From Octopus bimaculoides (Eukaryota): a stretch of 40,960 nucleotides of DNA. A model generated the notes under the pieces. That model did not search any database, was not told the origin of the DNA, and saw only the letters and a program-made list of their open reading frames with translations. Shown one piece after another: positions 36,947 through 40,960 of the stretch (position 1 is the first letter of the stretch; each line of letters begins with the position of its first letter). The stretch is from assembly GCF_001194135.2 (NCBI RefSeq), contig NC_068987.1, forward strand, positions 21,697,454 through 21,738,413, in the 5' to 3' direction. The translations under genes were made by a program, and so were the position numbers.

Positions 36947-37007
36947 CTTCAGAAATGGCGGGAGTGGTTCACGCCAAGCCAATGCTTCAGCCATCCAAGG
37001 TCAAATG
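36947..37007 (+). CDS. ZFAND2B: ZFAND2 coding exon (61 nt): (S)FRNGGSGSRQANASAIQGQM
   Basis: tcttag|C TTC AGA...CAA ATG|gtaaga. Ends in the (A)IQGQM equivalent of ALQNGL preceding UIM1. Confidence 0.88.
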
Positions 37008-37739
37008 GTAAGAATTTTTTGTCTGTTTATATATTATTTTTTCAATTATTAAAGTACCAGTTGTGCACTGGGGTTGATGTAATTGACTAGCCCTTCACCC
37101 GAAATGTCAGGCCTTGTGCTTATTAGTAGAAAAGATTATTATTTATTAAGGTGGTGAGTTGACTGAATCATTAGCGTACTAGACAATAATGCTTGGTGTC
37201 ATTCTATGAAGCTTTATGATCTGAGTTCAAATTCCACCAAAATTGACTTTGCTTATTATTTTTTCATGGTCAGTAAAATAAGCACTGAATGTGCACACTC
37301 CCCCCAAATTTCAGGCTTTTTTCTTATTGTAGAGAGAATTATATCATCCATCTCTGTGTTTGAAGTTCAAATTCTGCCAAGGTCGATTTTACCATTCATC
37401 CTTTCAGGGTTGATGAAATAAGTACCAATTGCATACTGGGGTCAATGTAATTGACTAACCCTCTTCTCCAGATACCAGGGTAGCAAAGATCACAAAATGA
37501 CTGTGATGTAACTCCTGTTTATGAGTTAGAAACTCCCTGTTATTTTGGGTATTTGAATAAATATAAAATTCGGTTAAAATGTCTTACGGTTAAGTTGGAT
37601 CCTATGTATTTCCCTGAAGAGAAGATTACATCTTTATCAACATCACTTATTCCTTTGGAAGGAACCATTTGTAATCTTCGAAACATATGTCGGAAATAAA
37701 AGAATTCATTTAACATATGTGTATTACTCCATTTATTAA

Positions 37740-37777
<38 letters not shown>

Positions 37778-37898
37778 TCCCCCAAAAAGCCATTTGTTCA
37801 TATGGTCATGTCTCAGGTAGATTCTTTCTGAGACCAGCCATATATATACATGTCTATGTGTGTATAGAAATTCTATAGTTTTGTCTCTTATTTTCCAG

Positions 37899-37978
37899 TC
37901 TGAAGATGAAGCTCTTGCTAAAGCTTTACAACTTTCCCTGTCAGAAAACCAACACACAACATCACTTTCCAATAAAAA
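37899..37978 (+). CDS. ZFAND2B: ZFAND2 coding exon (80 nt): SEDEALAKALQLSLSENQHTTSLSNK(N), UIM1
   Basis: ttttccag|TCT GAA GAT GAA...AAA AA|gtaagt. Canonical UIM (EDEALxxALxxSL). Confidence 0.95.
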
Positions 37979-39179
37979 GTAAGTAACTTTAGCTCTGTCT
38001 CTTTGTTGCACATTTACATGCATGCACACATGCATACACACACACAAACGTACACATTGAAGCATGCATGTGCAAAGCTTGCAAACATGCACACAAACAT
38101 GTACACACATTGCTTGCATGTATTGTACAAACATGCATGTACCTACATTGTATAAACATGCACACATAAATGTTGCACTCATGCTGGCAAGTTGTAAATA
38201 TACATGCCTGTTGTAAGCATACTTGCATGGTGCAAACATGCACATACAATTGTTGCATTTATGCAGATACACACTATAAGTATGTACACATAGTGCAAAC
38301 TTTCATGCACATACACGGTGTAAACATGCATACAGCAATGTAGCCACATGCTGCTAATCTATACAGATAGTACAAACATGCATGTCCATACATTGTGTAA
38401 ACATGAATACATAAATGTGTTAGTGTGCCCACATGTTGTAAATATGTATACATAAATGTGTTAGTGTGCCCACATGTAAATATGCTTGAAGGAAGTTTTT
38501 GTTTTATTACCCTCTCAAAAGACTCTGAAATGAAATAATTTAGAATTCTTGGAATATTACCATGGGCTCTCATCTCCTTGATAGTTCCATGCATGCTTGA
38601 CATACAGCATGTTTTGGGAATTTTTAGATCTGATAAAACTCGTTGCTCTCCAGGTTAACCACAACACAGACAGAAACAAAAAGAAGACAGAACAGAATCA
38701 ACCCCAGTACAAGACTGGTACTTTATTTATTGACTTGAAAGAATGAAAGACAGTCAGTTATGGTTCTACTTGAACTCAAAGCGCAGTATTGAAATTAATA
38801 TCACAAGGTTCAGGCATCATATCGAATCAGGTTCATCATTCGAGTACATGGTCCTTGGTGTTCCAGTTGACAACCAATCCAGTTTGTATTTTGCATGACG
38901 AGCTTGGATGTTGACATTAGTGGACAGATCAGTGTGTTAGAGTTAATTTTTTGAGACAACACCATCTCCAAGTTTTCTGCATGTAAACATTGCTCGTAAC
39001 ATAGGTTCTTAAGGCTAACAGATTTGTATTTTTTTTTGTTGATAGATTTATCTCTGGGCATAGTTTTTTGGGGTGTTTTTAAACTTATGCATTGTTCACT
39101 GTCTGTGTTAGTTCGAAAAATGAAAAAACTAGTTTTGTTTTGTTTTTGTTTCATTTGTGACACGTGTTTTCATATGCAT

Positions 39180-39828
39180 GAATGTATGTGGTTGACAGGG
39201 CTATTAGACAAAAGAAACAGGCTTGGAAGGACTGGAAGAACGGTGGTAGCAGGGAATTGTATCAGACTGCCAGAAGGGAAGCTAGGAGACAGGTTTATTT
39301 AGCCAGAGAGGAAGCAGATAAGAAAAAATTTGCCATTGTTCTGTGCCATGAGGACCAAAGACTTGAAGTATTTCATGTTGCAAGACAGTGTGTGAAAGAG
39401 AATCGTGATGTCGTAGGAGAGAAATGTGTCCGCATGGATGATGGTTCACTTGCACTAAACGAGGCTGCAAAGAGAGAGATTTGGAGACGCCACTATGAAA
39501 GGTTGCTCAATAAAGAGAATGAATGGAAGAAAGAGAGTCTGCTGAGTGTCGACCCAACAGAGGGACCAGCTATCTGAATTGATAGTACCTTGGTAGATAA
39601 AGCAATTAAGAGTATGAAGACAGGAAAAGCCCCCGGCCCATCAGGAATCACCGTAGAGATGCTCAAAATATCTGGCGGTGTCAGCTATAGCCTAGTCACC
39701 CGTATAGTTAACCAGATGATACATGGAGTAATACCCAATGACTGGTGTAGCAGCACCATTGTCAACTGCTACAAAGGTAAAGGTGATGCTTTAGATACAA
39801 ATAATTACAGAGGTATCAAGTTGTTAAA
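39180..39828 (+). mobile_element. RTE-clade LINE fragment (endonuclease-RT linker to RT start), relatively well preserved
   Basis: ORFs 39182-39577 and 39590-39859 are in one frame, separated by a single TGA. Motifs include KTGKAPGPSG, IPNDWCSSTIVNCYKGKGDALDTNNYRGIKLL. Confidence 0.92.
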
Positions 39829-40186
39829 ATACAGGGGTGGGGTTGATGTATTTGGCTAATCCTTTCCCCTCAAAATTACTGACCTTGTACCAAAATTTAA
39901 AAGAATCATTATTATTATTCTTTGTTATATGGCAGTGGATTGATAGAATCATTAAAGCACCAGGATAAATGATTTCCTAGTATTTGTCCCATTCTTGTAC
40001 ATTTTGAGTTCAAATCTAGCTGAGGTCAACTTCACATTTTAACCTTTCGTGGTCAATAAAATAAAGTACCAGTCAAGAACTGGGGTTGATGTAGTCAGCT
40101 AGCCTCCTCCTTCAAAATTTCAGGCCTTGTGTCTATAGTAAAAAGGATTATTATTATCGTTTTTTTTTTGTTTTTGTTTTTCCTAG

Positions 40187-40268
40187 TATGACAAAACAAG
40201 AAGAAGAAGACTTCCAGCTTGCACAAGCCATAGCAGCAAGTCAAGAAGAAAGTTCTGGAACTAGAAAT
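40187..40268 (+). CDS. ZFAND2B: ZFAND2 coding exon (82 nt): (N)MTKQEEEDFQLAQAIAASQEESSGTRN, UIM2
   Basis: ttcctag|T ATG ACA...AGA AAT|gtaagt. Second UIM (EEEDxxLAQAxxAS). Confidence 0.95.
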
Positions 40269-40477
40269 GTAAGTATCAATCTGTTGTGATCTTTCATGTT
40301 TTGTTGAATTATTAACTCTGTATAACTGTTAATTTTTTTTTTTCCTGAGAGACAAGATAAAAAATGCTACTTAATGTTTTGTATGTGGGTATGTAAGTCA
40401 TATATGTATATGTATGTCTTTAATCCTGTACATGATTGTTTCAATGTGCATTGATTTATTGTTAGTTAGTTCCATTG

Positions 40478-40592
40478 AGATAGATAGATAGATAGATCCA
40501 TAGATAGATAGATAGATAGAGCTCGATCCATAGATAGATAGCTCGATCCATAGATATATAGATCGATCCATAGATAGATAGATCCATAGATA
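40478..40592. repeat. (GATA)n microsatellite with interspersed GATC/CCAT variants; tail of the adjacent minus-strand element
   Basis: gatagatagatagatcca... repeats. Confidence 0.9.
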
Positions 40593-40960
40593 GGTTTCTT
40601 TATTAGCCACACAGGGCTCAACACAGAGGGGACAAAATACAAATGTAGAGTTTTTCTTTTCGAGGGGGTCGAAAACAAAGCAGAAAAAAAAAACAAAAGT
40701 GGGGACAACGATGAAAAAAAAACATCGCAAAACGTTTGGGGTATTTACAAAAAATATGAAATAATACAAAAAATTCCCAATAAATGGGGAGGTTATCCGT
40801 GGAAAGAAAAACCTACGAAAAGACCACTGTAACCTCGGTCTTTAGCGTCACACTTTGTTAAATAAAATCTCTTTTATTTAAGCAAGAAACGTGAGTAACT
40901 CTCTGTTTACAAAATTTTAAAACGTTTTATAGAATCATGGTCAAGGTGGCTTCGTCATTT
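40593..40960 (-). mobile_element. 3' end (ORF2 terminus and 3' UTR) of a probable L1/Tx1-like LINE
   Basis: The minus strand reads NDEATLTMIL*, then a T-rich UTR ending ...ccctgtgtggctaataaagaaac and a (TATC)n tail. Clade assignment is from recall. Confidence 0.5.

Larger units (their letters stand above)
18091..40268 (+). other. ZFAND2B: Span of identified coding exons of an AN1-type zinc finger protein 2 gene (ZFAND2A/2B, AIRAP/AIRAPL family); 5' and 3' terminal exons not found
   Basis: Nine exons splice in phase to (D)FLPMKCDACSQVFCRDHIQYATHKCPESYKKDNQVPVCPLCNTPIGLKKGELPDVVIGHHIDNDCQSDPARQRRKIYVNKCSFKGCKQKEMVPVRCDRCQKNYCLKHRHEQDHKC...SEDEALAKALQLSLSE...QEEEDFQLAQAIAASQEE. Two AN1 fingers plus two UIMs match the ZFAND2B/AIP-1 architecture. 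Confidence 0.95.

Noticed and set aside
37985-38480. 176-aa and 109-aa C/M/V/H-rich minus-strand ORFs
   Set aside because: Degenerate CA/TG low-complexity sequence.

Overview
AT-rich, repeat-dense eukaryotic genomic DNA with five N gaps. The SINE, LINE and microsatellite content looks like octopus (inferred from repeat families, not proven). The one gene I can build with confidence is a + strand ZFAND2A/2B (AIRAP/AIRAPL) orthologue. It has nine coding exons (18091-40268), all with GT-AG introns and consistent phases, encoding two AN1 zinc fingers, a central CPLC...H...C finger and two UIMs. Its ATG exon and last exon were not found in the window. The rest is a 28-bp minisatellite, several tRNA-derived SINE families, RTE-type LINE fragments, a ~3.3 kb decayed R4/Dong-like LINE, an L1/Tx1-like 3' end, a Gypsy fragment, an internally deleted mariner and two TTAA MITEs. 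The most unusual region is the CpG-rich 5' part of the intron at 18134-23443. It holds a type I hammerhead-ribozyme-like motif in the pre-mRNA sense (~20001-20100), a 108-bp-arm near-perfect palindrome (19191-19411) and candidate antisense exons. All three are hypotheses that need computation or experiments. No prokaryotic-type system such as CRISPR is present.
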